Source of the DNA: an uncultured Phaeodactylibacter sp.
GTDB lineage: Bacteria > Bacteroidota > Bacteroidia > Chitinophagales > Saprospiraceae
Direction: 5' to 3'
NCBI GenBank assembly: GCA_964575505.1
Contig: CAZNSK010000001.1
Coordinates: forward strand, 83,259-147,258
DNA length: 64,000 nt
Positions within the stretch are counted from its first letter, which is position 1; every line of letters begins with the position of its first letter. Below, piece after piece: positions 1 through 9,368 of the stretch. The notes under the pieces are model-generated. The model had not been told where the DNA came from. It searched no databases and saw only the letters and a list, made by a program, of their open reading frames with translations. The position numbers and the translations under genes are program-made.

Positions 1-629
1 TGAAACTCGAAGTTTTAAATATCCAGGGGGAACAAACTGGCCGCGACATTGACTTGCCAGAAGACGTTTTTGGTATTGAACCTAACGAACATGTCGTTTA
101 TTTGGCGGTCAAGCAGTACCTCGCCGCTCAGCGTCAGGGTACGCATAAGACAAAAGAGCGTAATGAAATTACCGGCTCTACCAAGAAGCTGAAGCGCCAG
201 AAGGGAACGGGTACGGCCCGTTTCGGGGATATCAAGAACCCGATCTTCCGGGGTGGTGGCCGCATCTTTGGCCCACGCCCGCGCAAGTACAAAATCCGCC
301 TCAACAAGAAGGTGAAACAACTTGCCCGGAAGTCTGCGCTGTCTTCCAAAGTCAGCGCCGGTAAAGTTATGATCGTGGAAGATTTCTCTTTTGAATCACC
401 CAAGACCAAAGCCTTTGTTGACATTCTCAACTCGCTGAAAGTCGCTGATCAAAAGCCGGTCGTAGTAACTTCTGACCACGAAAAGGAAGTCTACCTCTCC
501 AGCCGTAACCTGAAAAAGGTAAAAGTTGTGCGCGCCAGTGACCTCAACACTTATGAAGTGATGAATGCGGGCACCCTCGTCCTTTCTGAAGGCGCGGTAG
601 AGAAGATCAAGGAAGCATTTGCTAACTAA
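1..629 (+). CDS. rplD: 50S ribosomal protein L4 (uL4); 5' end clipped, window begins at the 2nd base of its ATG
   Basis: The frame is open from nt 3 (KLEVLNIQGEQTGRDIDLPEDVFG...) into tracked ORF 54..629. KRQKGTGTARFGDIKNPIFRGGG is the uL4 core. It is followed by L23-L2-S19 in S10-operon order. Confidence 0.95.
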   Translation, partial: KLEVLNIQGEQTGRDIDLPEDVFGIEPNEHVVYLAVKQYLAAQRQGTHKTKERNEITGSTKKLKRQKGTGTARFGDIKNPIFRGGGRIFGPRPRKYKIRLNKKVKQLARKSALSSKVSAGKVMIVEDFSFESPKTKAFVDILNSLKVADQKPVVVTSDHEKEVYLSSRNLKKVKVVRASDLNTYEVMNAGTLVLSEGAVEKIKEAFAN

Positions 630-668
630 GCGAAAGCGCTGTCCGCAAGGATACCCTTTCAATAATTT

Positions 669-974
669 ATGGTAAACATGGCAAAGACGGTATTAGTAAA
701 GCCACTGATTACAGAAAAGTCAGAAATGCTCTCCGAAGAGCGTGGACAGTATACCTTCATCGTCAATAAGGATTGCAACAAGATTGAAATCAAGAAGGCG
801 GTAGAGGAAATGTACCAGGTGACCGTGGAGCGCGTCAATACGATCATAATGCCCGCTAAGGCGAAGAACCGTTCTACGCGTTCCGGCATTTTGATGGGCC
901 GTAAGCCCGCTTTCAAGAAAGCAATTGTTACGCTTTCGGAGGGTGAAGAGATTGATTTCTTCGGCGATATTTAA
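669..974 (+). CDS. rplW: 50S ribosomal protein L23 (uL23)
   Basis: 101-aa ORF with the VLVKPLITEKS...YTFIVNKDCNKIEIKKAVEEMY pattern, positioned between L4 and L2. ATG 678 is an alternative start. Confidence 0.94.
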   Translation: MVNMAKTVLVKPLITEKSEMLSEERGQYTFIVNKDCNKIEIKKAVEEMYQVTVERVNTIIMPAKAKNRSTRSGILMGRKPAFKKAIVTLSEGEEIDFFGDI

Positions 975-1126
975 TTTGATCATTATTCCTCAGGGGCAAA
1001 GCCTCGGTTCAGGCTGCTCGTTACCTAAGGCAGTGCAATTCCGGTTCCTCTGTTCATCCGGATGCGCTGTTCAGCGGGCTATCACCTGCCAGGCATGTAT
1101 CTCTGTGGCGAAAAACAGAATGAATA

Positions 1127-1963
1127 ATGGGTGTTAAGAAACACAAACCAGTAAGTCCCGGCACTCGCTACCTCATGACTAATACGCATGCGGAAGTGAC
1201 GACGGACAAGCCAGAAAAGAGCCTGCTTGCGCCGCTTAAGAAAACAGGCGGCCGTAACAACCAGGGTCGTATGACAACCCGCTACCGGGGTGGGGGCCAC
1301 AAGCGCCGCTACCGCATCATTGATTTCAAGCGGGATAAAGACGGTATGAAGGCTACCGTAAAAACGATCGAGTACGATCCGAACCGCAGTGCCTACATTG
1401 CGCTTTTGGAGTACGCTGATGGCGAGAAGCGTTACATCATCGCACCGAATGGCCTGAAAGTTGGTGCGGAAGTAGAATCCGGCGAATCCGCTGCTCCGGT
1501 AACCGGCAATGCGTTATACCTTAAGAATATTCCGCTGGGCGCGACGATCCACGCAATCGAGCTCCGCCCCAGTCACGGTGCCGCAATGGCCCGGGCTGCC
1601 GGCACGTACGGTACCCTTATGGGCCGGGAAGGCAAGTATTCCGTCGTGAAAATGCCCTCCGGGGAGGTGCGCCGCATCCTGTCTGCTTGCAAAGCGACGA
1701 TCGGCACGACATCCAACCCAGACCACAACCTGGTCATTGACGGCAAAGCAGGCCGTAGCCGCTGGCGCGGTCGCCGCCCGCGTACCCGTGGTGTAGCCAT
1801 GAACCCGGTAGACCACCCCATGGGTGGAGGTGAAGGCCGTGCATCAGGAGGCCACCCACGCTCCCGCAACGGACAGGCTGCGAAGGGCCTGAAAACGCGG
1901 AAGCCCAAGAAGCACTCTAACAAGCTTATTATTACTAAACGTAAATCAGGCAAGCGGCGCTAA
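1127..1963 (+). CDS. rplB: 50S ribosomal protein L2 (uL2)
   Basis: 278 aa carrying the [18 protein letters not shown] and [11 protein letters not shown] motifs, in canonical position. Confidence 0.97.
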   Translation: MGVKKHKPVSPGTRYLMTNTHAEVTTDKPEKSLLAPLKKTGGRNNQGRMTTRYRGGGHKRRYRIIDFKRDKDGMKATVKTIEYDPNRSAYIALLEYADGEKRYIIAPNGLKVGAEVESGESAAPVTGNALYLKNIPLGATIHAIELRPSHGAAMARAAGTYGTLMGREGKYSVVKMPSGEVRRILSACKATIGTTSNPDHNLVIDGKAGRSRWRGRRPRTRGVAMNPVDHPMGGGEGRASGGHPRSRNGQAAKGLKTRKPKKHSNKLIITKRKSGKRR

Positions 1964-1965
1964 AG

Positions 1966-2003
1966 ACAAGCCGCTGAAAATCCGAGGGTTTTCAGCGGCT
2001 TGT
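1966..2003 (+). promoter_or_regulatory. Perfect 15-bp stem-loop directly after the rplB stop codon (intercistronic RNA element; not a classical terminator)
   Basis: ACAAGCCGCTGAAAA (1966-1980) and TTTTCAGCGGCTTGT (1989-2003) are exact reverse complements with an 8-nt loop. The downstream sequence TCTGACCGTCTGC is not a U-tract. Confidence 0.6.
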
Positions 2004-2034
2004 TCTGACCGTCTGCTTTCAAATAATTCAGACA

Positions 2035-2304
2035 ATGGCAAGATCGATCAAAAAAGGGCCTTACGTCTTTCACAAACTGATGGACAAAGTGGAAAAGGCC
2101 AAGGAATCAAAGAAGAAAACGGTGATCAAAACCTGGTCCCGCTCTTCTATGATCTACCCCGAAATGGTTGGGGAAACGATCGCTGTACATAATGGAAAAA
2201 CCTTTGTTCCGGTATTTGTGACTGAAAATATGGTAGGCCACAAGCTCGGTGAATTCGCGCCTACGCGAAGCTTCAAAGGGCACTCCGGTAACCGTAAGAA
2301 GTAA
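2035..2304 (+). CDS. rpsS: 30S ribosomal protein S19 (uS19)
   Basis: 89 aa with [11 protein letters not shown]...[35 protein letters not shown]. Confidence 0.97.
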   Translation: MARSIKKGPYVFHKLMDKVEKAKESKKKTVIKTWSRSSMIYPEMVGETIAVHNGKTFVPVFVTENMVGHKLGEFAPTRSFKGHSGNRKK

Positions 2305-2349
2305 AACAAATAGTTGTCCGGCAATAGCGGCAACGCAAAACAAAGAACA

Positions 2350-2769
2350 ATGGAAGCAGTAGCTAAACTCAAGAGCGTACCCATGTCAGCGCGCAAGATG
2401 CGGCTGGTAGTGGACTTGATCCGTGGTAAGAGCGTAGAGGATGCCCTGGACATCCTGCGTTTTACCAAAAAGGAGGCCGCTGTATGGCTCGATAAACTCG
2501 TACTCTCCGCTATCGCCAACTGGGAAGACAAACTCGGTGGCATGGAAAATGCGGACGACTACGACCTCTACATCAAAACGATTTACGCCGACGACGGCAC
2601 CATGCTGAAGCGATTCCAGCCTGCGCCTCACGGCCGTGCGCACCGCATCCGCAAGCGCACTACCCACGTCACACTGATTGTGGAGAATGCGACACCAATG
2701 GCCGATGACGCCGGTGCCGAAGACGCCGTAGAAGTGGAAGAGGTGGAAGACACCGCAGTAGAAGAATAA
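2350..2769 (+). CDS. rplV: 50S ribosomal protein L22 (uL22) with acidic C-terminal tail
   Basis: Start placed at ATG 2350 (MEAVAKLKSVPMSARKMRLVVDLIRGK...); the tracked ORF opens at TTG 2314. Tail is ...MADDAGAEDAVEVEEVEDTAVEE. Confidence 0.93.
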   Translation: MEAVAKLKSVPMSARKMRLVVDLIRGKSVEDALDILRFTKKEAAVWLDKLVLSAIANWEDKLGGMENADDYDLYIKTIYADDGTMLKRFQPAPHGRAHRIRKRTTHVTLIVENATPMADDAGAEDAVEVEEVEDTAVEE

Positions 2770-2797
2770 GCTTTAATAAAATTGTAATACCATAGAT

Positions 2798-3544
2798 ATG
2801 GGTCAGAAGACAAATCCAATTGGTAATCGCCTGGGCATCATCCGCGGTTGGGAATCCAACTGGTTTGGTGGTAATGACTACGCAGATAAGGTGGTAGAGG
2901 ATGAAAAAATCCGGACTTACCTCAACGCTCGTGTTGCCAAAGGCGGTATTGCCCGAATCATCATCGAACGTACCCTGAAGCGAATCACGGTTACCATTCA
3001 TACCTCCCGCCCGGGTATCATCATTGGTAAAGGTGGCTCCGAGGTGGACCGCATCCGCGAGGAGCTCAAGAAGCTGACCGGCAAGGATGTTCAGATCAAC
3101 ATCATCGAAATCCGCAAGCCAGAACTGGATGCTGCCATCGTGGCAGAATCTATTGCCAAGCAGCTGGAAGCCCGGATCAACTACCGCCGTGCAACCAAGA
3201 TGGCGATTCAGTCGACGATGCGCGCCGGAGCCGAAGGCATCAAAATCCGCGTTGCTGGTCGCCTTAATGGTTCAGACATGGCCCGCCGGGAAGAATTCAA
3301 AGAGGGCCGTACGCCCTTGCATACGTTCCGGGCGGATATCGACTATGCGTTGAACGAAGCCCTCACCGTCTATGGTAAAATTGGGGTAAAGGTTTGGATT
3401 TGCAAGGGAGAAATCCTGGAGAAGCCCGACTTGTCTCCCCACGCTGGCGTTCAAGACCGTGGCGGCAAAGGAGGTGACCGCCGCCGTGGTGGAGGCGACC
3501 GCCGGGGTGGCCGCCGGGGCGGAAGAAATCAGCGCCGTCGTTAG
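2798..3544 (+). CDS. rpsC: 30S ribosomal protein S3 (uS3) with Arg/Gly-rich C-terminal tail
   Basis: 248 aa with [14 protein letters not shown]...[30 protein letters not shown]. Tail is [32 protein letters not shown]. Confidence 0.96.
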   Translation: MGQKTNPIGNRLGIIRGWESNWFGGNDYADKVVEDEKIRTYLNARVAKGGIARIIIERTLKRITVTIHTSRPGIIIGKGGSEVDRIREELKKLTGKDVQINIIEIRKPELDAAIVAESIAKQLEARINYRRATKMAIQSTMRAGAEGIKIRVAGRLNGSDMARREEFKEGRTPLHTFRADIDYALNEALTVYGKIGVKVWICKGEILEKPDLSPHAGVQDRGGKGGDRRRGGGDRRGGRRGGRNQRRR

Positions 3545-3641
3545 AAAAATTCCAAAAAACGCTGTACCTTTGCCGAGCTTTTCGGGAGCGCGGCCAGGTA
3601 TGGCCATTCCAAAGACGTTTAGACGCTTAAATTAGTGTAAG

Positions 3642-4061
3642 ATGTTACAGCCAAGAAGAACGAAATATCGCAAGCAGCAGAAGGGGCGCAACAAAGGGCT
3701 GTCCTATAAAGGCAGCAGCATCGACTTTGGCTCATTTGGCCTGAAGACCCTGGACGCTTCGAGGATTACAAACCGTCAGATTGAGGCGGCGCGTATCGCG
3801 ATGACCCGTTACATGAAGCGTGAAGGAAAGGTCTGGATCCGTATCTTCCCGGATAAGCCTATCACTGCGAAGCCGCAGGAAGTACGTATGGGTAAGGGTA
3901 AAGGTGCCCTCGACCACTGGGTGGCTGAAGTAAAGCCCGGCCGCGTGCTGTTCGAACTGGATGGCGTACCGGTGCCTGTAGCACAGGAAGCGCTCCGGTT
4001 GGCTGCTGAAAAACTTCCCGTCCGCACGAAGTTTGTGATCCGTCACGACTACGGGGGGTAA
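3642..4061 (+). CDS. rplP: 50S ribosomal protein L16 (uL16)
   Basis: 139 aa with [16 protein letters not shown]...[24 protein letters not shown]. Confidence 0.97.
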   Translation: MLQPRRTKYRKQQKGRNKGLSYKGSSIDFGSFGLKTLDASRITNRQIEAARIAMTRYMKREGKVWIRIFPDKPITAKPQEVRMGKGKGALDHWVAEVKPGRVLFELDGVPVPVAQEALRLAAEKLPVRTKFVIRHDYGG

Positions 4062-4096
4062 TTCATTTTTGAAGGACAATTTAATTCGATAAAACC

Positions 4097-4360
4097 ATGG
4101 CATCAAAGAAGTTCCTGGAGCTCCAGGATTATTCGGACGCAGACCTGAAGAGCGAGCTGGACAGCACTGTAGCTCAATATCAGAAGCTTAAGTTTGATCA
4201 TGCTATCCGCGGATTGGGCAACCCGCTGCTGCTGCGTGAAGTGCGCCGTGATATTTCCCGGCTCAAAACAGAAGTACGCCGCCGCGAACTAGCGTCCGCT
4301 GAGCCTGAAGCAATTGCCCAGCGTTCTAAAATACGTGCCAGAAGACGGCGCAAAAAATAA
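4097..4360 (+). CDS. rpmC: 50S ribosomal protein L29 (uL29) with basic C-terminal extension
   Basis: 87 aa lying between L16 and S17, with a coiled-coil LKSELDSTVAQYQKLKFDHAIRGLGNPLLLREVRRDISRLKT. The ~25 extra residues end in RARRRRKK. Confidence 0.9.
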   Translation: MASKKFLELQDYSDADLKSELDSTVAQYQKLKFDHAIRGLGNPLLLREVRRDISRLKTEVRRRELASAEPEAIAQRSKIRARRRRKK

Positions 4361-4393
4361 TTTATCTAGCAAGGGTCCAAAGCACCGTATAAA

Positions 4394-4651
4394 ATGGAAG
4401 AAAGAAATCTGAGAAAAACCCGAATCGGGTTGGTAACCAGCAACAAGATGGACAAAACCATCAGCGTTTCAGTTGAGCGTAGGCTGCGCCACCCGATCTA
4501 TGGTAAATACGTCAAGAAAAGCCGCAAATTCACGGCCCATGACGAAACGAATGACTGCAATGTCGGGGACAAGGTCCGCATTATGGAAACCCGCCCCCTG
4601 AGCAAGCGCAAGCGTTGGAGGCTCGTAGAGATTATCGAGCGCGCGAAGTAA
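4394..4651 (+). CDS. rpsQ: 30S ribosomal protein S17 (uS17)
   Basis: 85 aa with [45 protein letters not shown]. Confidence 0.95.
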   Translation: MEERNLRKTRIGLVTSNKMDKTISVSVERRLRHPIYGKYVKKSRKFTAHDETNDCNVGDKVRIMETRPLSKRKRWRLVEIIERAK

Positions 4652-4662
4652 TATTCATTGCC

Positions 4663-4713
4663 CTGGACAGGCCGCTGATCACATAGGTTACGCCTGCCAG
4701 CATTAAAATTTTT
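4663..4713 (+). terminator. Weak hairpin plus T-run at the classical S10/spc operon boundary (possible attenuator)
   Basis: CTGGACAGGC (4663-4672) pairs with GCCTGCCAG (4692-4700) with one bulged A, followed by CATTAAAATTTTT. It lies between rpsQ and rplN. Confidence 0.3.
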
Positions 4714-4726
4714 AAACCATACAACG

Positions 4727-5095
4727 ATGATCCAACAAGAGTCCAGGATGAGGGTGGCGGATAACAGCGGCGCTAAAGAAGTGCAGTGTATCCGCGTTCT
4801 AGGTGGTTCGAAGCGGCGCTATGCTTCCATTGGCGACCAAATTGTCGTCACCGTAAAGGAAGCGACGCCCAGTGGCAACATCAAGAAAGGGACGGTCTCC
4901 AAAGCGGTAGTCGTACGTACCCGCAAGGAAATCCGCCGCCGGGATGGCTCCTACATCCGATTCGACGACAACGCCGTTGTGTTGCTAAACGCGGCTGATG
5001 AGCCCCGCGGTACTCGTATCTTTGGCCCCGTTGCCCGTGAATTGCGGGAGCGCGACTATATGCGTATTGTTTCGCTGGCCCCTGAGGTGCTGTAG
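4727..5095 (+). CDS. rplN: 50S ribosomal protein L14 (uL14)
   Basis: 122 aa with [27 protein letters not shown]. Confidence 0.97.
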   Translation: MIQQESRMRVADNSGAKEVQCIRVLGGSKRRYASIGDQIVVTVKEATPSGNIKKGTVSKAVVVRTRKEIRRRDGSYIRFDDNAVVLLNAADEPRGTRIFGPVARELRERDYMRIVSLAPEVL

Positions 5096-5134
5096 GAATC
5101 GAAATTATTGAATGCGATCATAAGTCTATATACA

Positions 5135-5494
5135 ATGCAGAAGAAATCACATCAAGGCAAAAGATTCGCGCCTAAGCTGAAAATCAAGAAAGGCGACCGC
5201 GTGGTAGTGATTGCTGGTGCTTACAAAGACCGCGATACTGTACGGGAAGTGCTTGAGGTGTTCCCTAAAGAGAACCGTGCTATCGTTGAAGATACCAATA
5301 TGGTCAAAAAGCACACCCGCCCTTCTCAGGACAACCCTGGGGGGATCAATGAGGTGCCTGCGCCTATACACATCTCCAACCTGATGTTGGTTGACCCCAA
5401 ATCAGGTGAGCCTACCCGCGTAGGCCGCAAGAAGGAAGGTGAGGATGGCAAATTGGTACGTTATTCTAAAAAATCCGGAGAAATTATTAAGTAA
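5135..5494 (+). CDS. rplX: 50S ribosomal protein L24 (uL24)
   Basis: Start placed at ATG 5135; the tracked ORF opens at TTG 5108. KOW motif [17 protein letters not shown] is present. Stop TAA shares its last base with the rplE ATG (TAATG), which implies translational coupling. Confidence 0.93.
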   Translation: MQKKSHQGKRFAPKLKIKKGDRVVVIAGAYKDRDTVREVLEVFPKENRAIVEDTNMVKKHTRPSQDNPGGINEVPAPIHISNLMLVDPKSGEPTRVGRKKEGEDGKLVRYSKKSGEIIK

Positions 5495-6051
5495 TGAGCT
5501 ACACTCCAAGACTGAAGAAGAAGTATCGGGAAGAAGTCGTGCCTGCACTGATGGAGCAATTTCAGTATGGCTCCATTATGGAGGTGCCCCGTCTGGTAAA
5601 GATCAGCCTGAACCAAGGGGTGGGCGACGCTACTCAGGATAAGAAACTGGTGGATAATGCGGTAGAGGAAATGTCCATCATTGCCGGACAACGTGCCGTA
5701 CCCACTAAAGCCCGTAAGTCAGTTTCTAACTTTAAGCTCCGCGATGGCATGCCGATTGGTGCCCGCGTGACGCTGCGCGATATCCGTATGTACGAATTTC
5801 TGGACCGCCTGATCAGTGTGGCGCTCCCCCGGGTACGTGACTTCCGTGGTGTCAATGACAAGAGCTTTGACGGGCGGGGCAACTACTCTATGGGTATTAC
5901 AGAACAGATCATCTTCCCCGAGATCGTAATGGACAAGGTGAATAAAATCACCGGGATGGACATTACCATCGTAACCACAGCCAATACCGATGCAGAAGCA
6001 CTGGCGCTGTTGAAGCTGATGGGGATGCCATTCAAGAACCAACGCAACTAA
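5494..6051 (+). CDS. rplE: 50S ribosomal protein L5 (uL5)
   Basis: 185 aa with [21 protein letters not shown]...[10 protein letters not shown]...[11 protein letters not shown]. Confidence 0.97.
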   Translation: MSYTPRLKKKYREEVVPALMEQFQYGSIMEVPRLVKISLNQGVGDATQDKKLVDNAVEEMSIIAGQRAVPTKARKSVSNFKLRDGMPIGARVTLRDIRMYEFLDRLISVALPRVRDFRGVNDKSFDGRGNYSMGITEQIIFPEIVMDKVNKITGMDITIVTTANTDAEALALLKLMGMPFKNQRN

Positions 6052-6079
6052 GCATTTTAATCATAGCAATTTATTCATA

Positions 6080-6349
6080 ATGGCTAAGAAATCAATTATC
6101 GCTCGCGAACGGAAAAGAGAAAAGATGGTGGCAAAGTACGCCGCTCTGCGCAAGCAGCTCAAAGAAGAGGGCCGCTGGGAAGAGCTGGATAAGCTGCCCC
6201 GCAACTCTAACCCTATCCGCCTGCACAACCGCTGTAAGCTGACAGGCCGGCCCAAAGGCTATATGCGCCAGTTCGGTCTGTGCCGTGTGAAGTTCCGTGA
6301 GATGGCACTGGAGGGCAAAATTCCGGGCGTAACCAAAGCGAGCTGGTAA
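6080..6349 (+). CDS. rpsN: 30S ribosomal protein S14 (uS14), long form
   Basis: 89 aa with [21 protein letters not shown]...[30 protein letters not shown]...KASW. Confidence 0.95.
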   Translation: MAKKSIIARERKREKMVAKYAALRKQLKEEGRWEELDKLPRNSNPIRLHNRCKLTGRPKGYMRQFGLCRVKFREMALEGKIPGVTKASW

Positions 6350-6430
6350 CTTTTATCAAAGTCAATTCATAGCCGTCTTCAAGCCTGTTTCAATTATTTG
6401 GGCTTTGACGGTTTCCATAATCAGGATAAA

Positions 6431-6838
6431 ATGGCAGTATCAGATCCAATAGCAGACTACCTTACGCGTATCCGCAATGCACAGCAAGCCGGGCACCGTA
6501 TCGTTGATATCCCTGCATCCAAGCTGAAGCAGAGCATTACTGAAATCCTCTACAATCAGGGCTTTATCCATAAGTATAAGTTTGAAGAGGAGGGATTCAA
6601 TGGGCAGGGCATGATCCGCATCGCACTGAAGTACGACCCACGGACCAAGCAGCCGGTTATCCGGAAGCTGGGCCGCATCAGCACCTGTGGGTTGCGCAAA
6701 TACGCTAAAGCGAACGAAATCCCCCGTATTATTAACGGGTTGGGCGTGGCTATCGTGTCAACTTCCAAGGGAGTAATGACTGACAAGCAGGCCCGATCTG
6801 AAAATGTCGGTGGAGAAGTACTCTGCTACGTTTACTAA
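6431..6838 (+). CDS. rpsH: 30S ribosomal protein S8 (uS8)
   Basis: Start placed at ATG 6431 (MAVSDPIADYLTRIRNAQQA...); the tracked ORF opens 33 nt upstream. It ends ...GGEVLCYVY. Confidence 0.95.
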   Translation: MAVSDPIADYLTRIRNAQQAGHRIVDIPASKLKQSITEILYNQGFIHKYKFEEEGFNGQGMIRIALKYDPRTKQPVIRKLGRISTCGLRKYAKANEIPRIINGLGVAIVSTSKGVMTDKQARSENVGGEVLCYVY

Positions 6839-6882
6839 GCCACTTTCAATATCTGTTTGAAAGCTCCAAAATACAGTTAAAA

Positions 6883-7437
6883 ATGTCAAGGATAGGAAAA
6901 GCACCGATCAGCATGCCCAAAGGCGTTGAAATCAGCGTTAGCAAGGGCAATGTAGTAACGGTTAAAGGGCCTAAAGGCGAGCTCACGCAACAATTGCACC
7001 CTGATATGGAAATTGTTGTGGAAGACGGGGAAGTGAACATCAAGCGCCCCACCGAGCAGAAGCGCCACCGCGCTATGCACGGGCTGAGCCGCTCTTTGTT
7101 GGCCAACATGGTGACCGGCGTGACAGAGGGCTTTGTAAAGGAGCTTGAATTGGTCGGTGTAGGTTACAGGGCTTCGAATACCGGGCAGCTGCTCGAGTTG
7201 ACTATTGGCTATTCTCACCCTGTTATGTTTGCGCTGCCCGATGAAGTCAAGGTCAGCACGACCATGGAAAAAGGTAAGCCACCGTTAGTCCGCCTGGAGT
7301 CGCACGACAATCAGCTGCTGGGTGAAGTGGCTAATAAAATCCGCTCTTATCGGAAGCCTGAGCCGTACAAAGGAAAAGGTATTCGGTTTGCTGGCGAACA
7401 AATCCGCCGCAAAGCGGGTAAAGCAGCGAGTAAGTAA
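6883..7437 (+). CDS. rplF: 50S ribosomal protein L6 (uL6)
   Basis: 184 aa with MSRIGKAPISMPKGVEISV...VKGPKGEL...YKGKGIRFAGE. Confidence 0.96.
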   Translation: MSRIGKAPISMPKGVEISVSKGNVVTVKGPKGELTQQLHPDMEIVVEDGEVNIKRPTEQKRHRAMHGLSRSLLANMVTGVTEGFVKELELVGVGYRASNTGQLLELTIGYSHPVMFALPDEVKVSTTMEKGKPPLVRLESHDNQLLGEVANKIRSYRKPEPYKGKGIRFAGEQIRRKAGKAASK

Positions 7438-7553
7438 TTCAGAGCCCCATTTTTGGCAAAGGGCTCGGATTGACAATCGTTCACTGTTTACTATATACGG
7501 GTTTTGGGTTTGGAGTCCACTCCTTACACTAAAGCCAAAAACTGAAGTGAAAC

Positions 7554-7907
7554 ATGCAATTTTCAAAGCGAAATCGACGCAAGCGCATCCATTGGCGCAT
7601 CCGAAATAAAATTAAGGGGACGCCGGAGCGCCCTCGTCTGAATATTTACCGGAGCAACAACTATATTTATGCCCAGGTAATCGATGACCTGAGCGGGCAC
7701 ACTATGGTTGCTGCCAGCTCCCGTGAAGAAAGCGTTGCCAATGAAGGCACGAAGACCGAACAGTCCAAGGCAGTTGGCAAGCTGCTTGCCGAAAGGGCAC
7801 AGGCTGCCAACATCGAGCGGGTCGTTTTTGACCGGGGTGGCTATCTATACCACGGCCGGGTCAAAGCCCTCGCAGAAGGCGCACGGGAAGGCGGCCTTAA
7901 ATTATAA
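7554..7907 (+). CDS. rplR: 50S ribosomal protein L18 (uL18)
   Basis: 117 aa with [20 protein letters not shown]...[28 protein letters not shown]. Confidence 0.95.
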   Translation: MQFSKRNRRKRIHWRIRNKIKGTPERPRLNIYRSNNYIYAQVIDDLSGHTMVAASSREESVANEGTKTEQSKAVGKLLAERAQAANIERVVFDRGGYLYHGRVKALAEGAREGGLKL

Positions 7908-7928
7908 TCATCTACAACAACAATTATA

Positions 7929-8447
7929 ATGGCAAAGAGAAGTTCCAACAGGGTTAAGCCCGCTGAAACCGAACTGAAAGAAAAATTGGTCAATCTCAAC
8001 CGCGTCGCAAAAGTGACGAAAGGTGGGCGGACCTTTAGTTTTGCCGCTATCGTTGTCGTAGGCGATGGCAACGGTACGGTAGGGCACGGTCTTGGAAAAG
8101 CGCGTGACGTTTCGGAGGCAATCTCCAAAGCAGTTGATGACGCTAAGAAAAACCTGATCAAGGTGCCCATTCACAACGGCACTATCCCCCACGAGCAGCG
8201 TGGAAAGTACGGGGCAGGCAAAGTGTTGGTCAAGCCGGCAGCGGATGGTACCGGAGTAATTGCCGGTGGCGCCATGCGCGCAGTGCTGGAAATTGCCGGA
8301 GTGCACAACGTACTCGCAAAGTCAATGGGCTCGCCTAACCCGCACAACGTGGTGAAGGCAACGATTGATGCCTTGACTAAGCTGCGCAGCCCGCTGACTG
8401 TGGCGAAGCAGCGCAATATCTCAATGGAAAAACTATTTAACGGATAA
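7929..8447 (+). CDS. rpsE: 30S ribosomal protein S5 (uS5)
   Basis: 172 aa with [39 protein letters not shown]. Confidence 0.96.
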   Translation: MAKRSSNRVKPAETELKEKLVNLNRVAKVTKGGRTFSFAAIVVVGDGNGTVGHGLGKARDVSEAISKAVDDAKKNLIKVPIHNGTIPHEQRGKYGAGKVLVKPAADGTGVIAGGAMRAVLEIAGVHNVLAKSMGSPNPHNVVKATIDALTKLRSPLTVAKQRNISMEKLFNG

Positions 8448-8517
8448 GCATCCGGAGCAGCCTGACGGCGCAAGCTGCAATAAGCTAAGGCCGGAAGCAG
8501 AAAATAAAGCTGTAGCA

Positions 8518-8700
8518 ATGGGTAAGATCAAGATCACTCAGGTAAAAAGTGTAATTGACCGCTCCAAAAAGCAGAAAGCAACGATGCAGGTGCTGGGGTT
8601 GAAAAAAATCCGTCAAAGCGTTGTTGTTGAGGAGACGCCTCAGATTAAAGGCATGGTCAGCAAAGTTAGCCATCTCGTAACCATAGAGTCAGCAGGCTAA
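8518..8700 (+). CDS. rpmD: 50S ribosomal protein L30 (uL30)
   Basis: 60 aa with MGKIKITQVKSVIDRSKKQKATMQVLGLKKIRQSVV. Confidence 0.93.
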   Translation: MGKIKITQVKSVIDRSKKQKATMQVLGLKKIRQSVVVEETPQIKGMVSKVSHLVTIESAG

Positions 8701-8788
8701 ACTATTAAGCTTCGAGAAAAAGTTTGCAAAGCCGTCAGGAGCAGATATCTTTGCAGACGATTCTTCAGAGAATTAAACGATAATCGAA

Positions 8789-9238
8789 ATGGAACTACAT
8801 AGCTTAAAGCCTGCCAAAGGGGCAGTCAAGAAGCGTAAACGAATAGCCAGAGGGGTTGGCTCCGGGCACGGCCGTACGGCTACACGTGGCCATAAGGGGG
8901 CTAAATCTCGTTCCGGTTTCAAGAATAAGCGCAACTTTGAAGGGGGGCAGATGCCTATTCAAATGCGCCTCCCTAAAATTGGATTTAAAAATCCGAATCG
9001 TCAGAGCTACGAAGTGATCAATATTGGGCAGTTGCAGGCGCTTGCCGACAAGCACGGTATCGACAAAGTGGATCTGGAGACGCTTATCAAAATGGGAAAA
9101 GTATCCAAAACGGACCGGGTGAAAATCCTGGGGCAGGGCGAGCTGAGCGCCAAGCTTGAAGTACAGGCACACGCCTTCTCCAAGTCTGCTAAAGCAGCTA
9201 TAGAGTCTGCCGGAGGAACCGCAACCACAGCCGAGTAA
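8789..9238 (+). CDS. rplO: 50S ribosomal protein L15 (uL15)
   Basis: 149 aa with LHSLKPAKGAVKKRKRIARGVGSGHGRTATRGHKGAKSRSG. Confidence 0.95.
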   Translation: MELHSLKPAKGAVKKRKRIARGVGSGHGRTATRGHKGAKSRSGFKNKRNFEGGQMPIQMRLPKIGFKNPNRQSYEVINIGQLQALADKHGIDKVDLETLIKMGKVSKTDRVKILGQGELSAKLEVQAHAFSKSAKAAIESAGGTATTAE

Positions 9239-9368
9239 GCTTTAGTGCACCCCACGTGGGTGCCCCCATTCAAATGGGAGCACTAGATACTCAGGCTCCC
9301 GGAGGGATTAGATCAAAGGAGAGCCATGCTTTCCGCTCTTGAGGAAGAAGGGCATTAAATTTAAGCAG

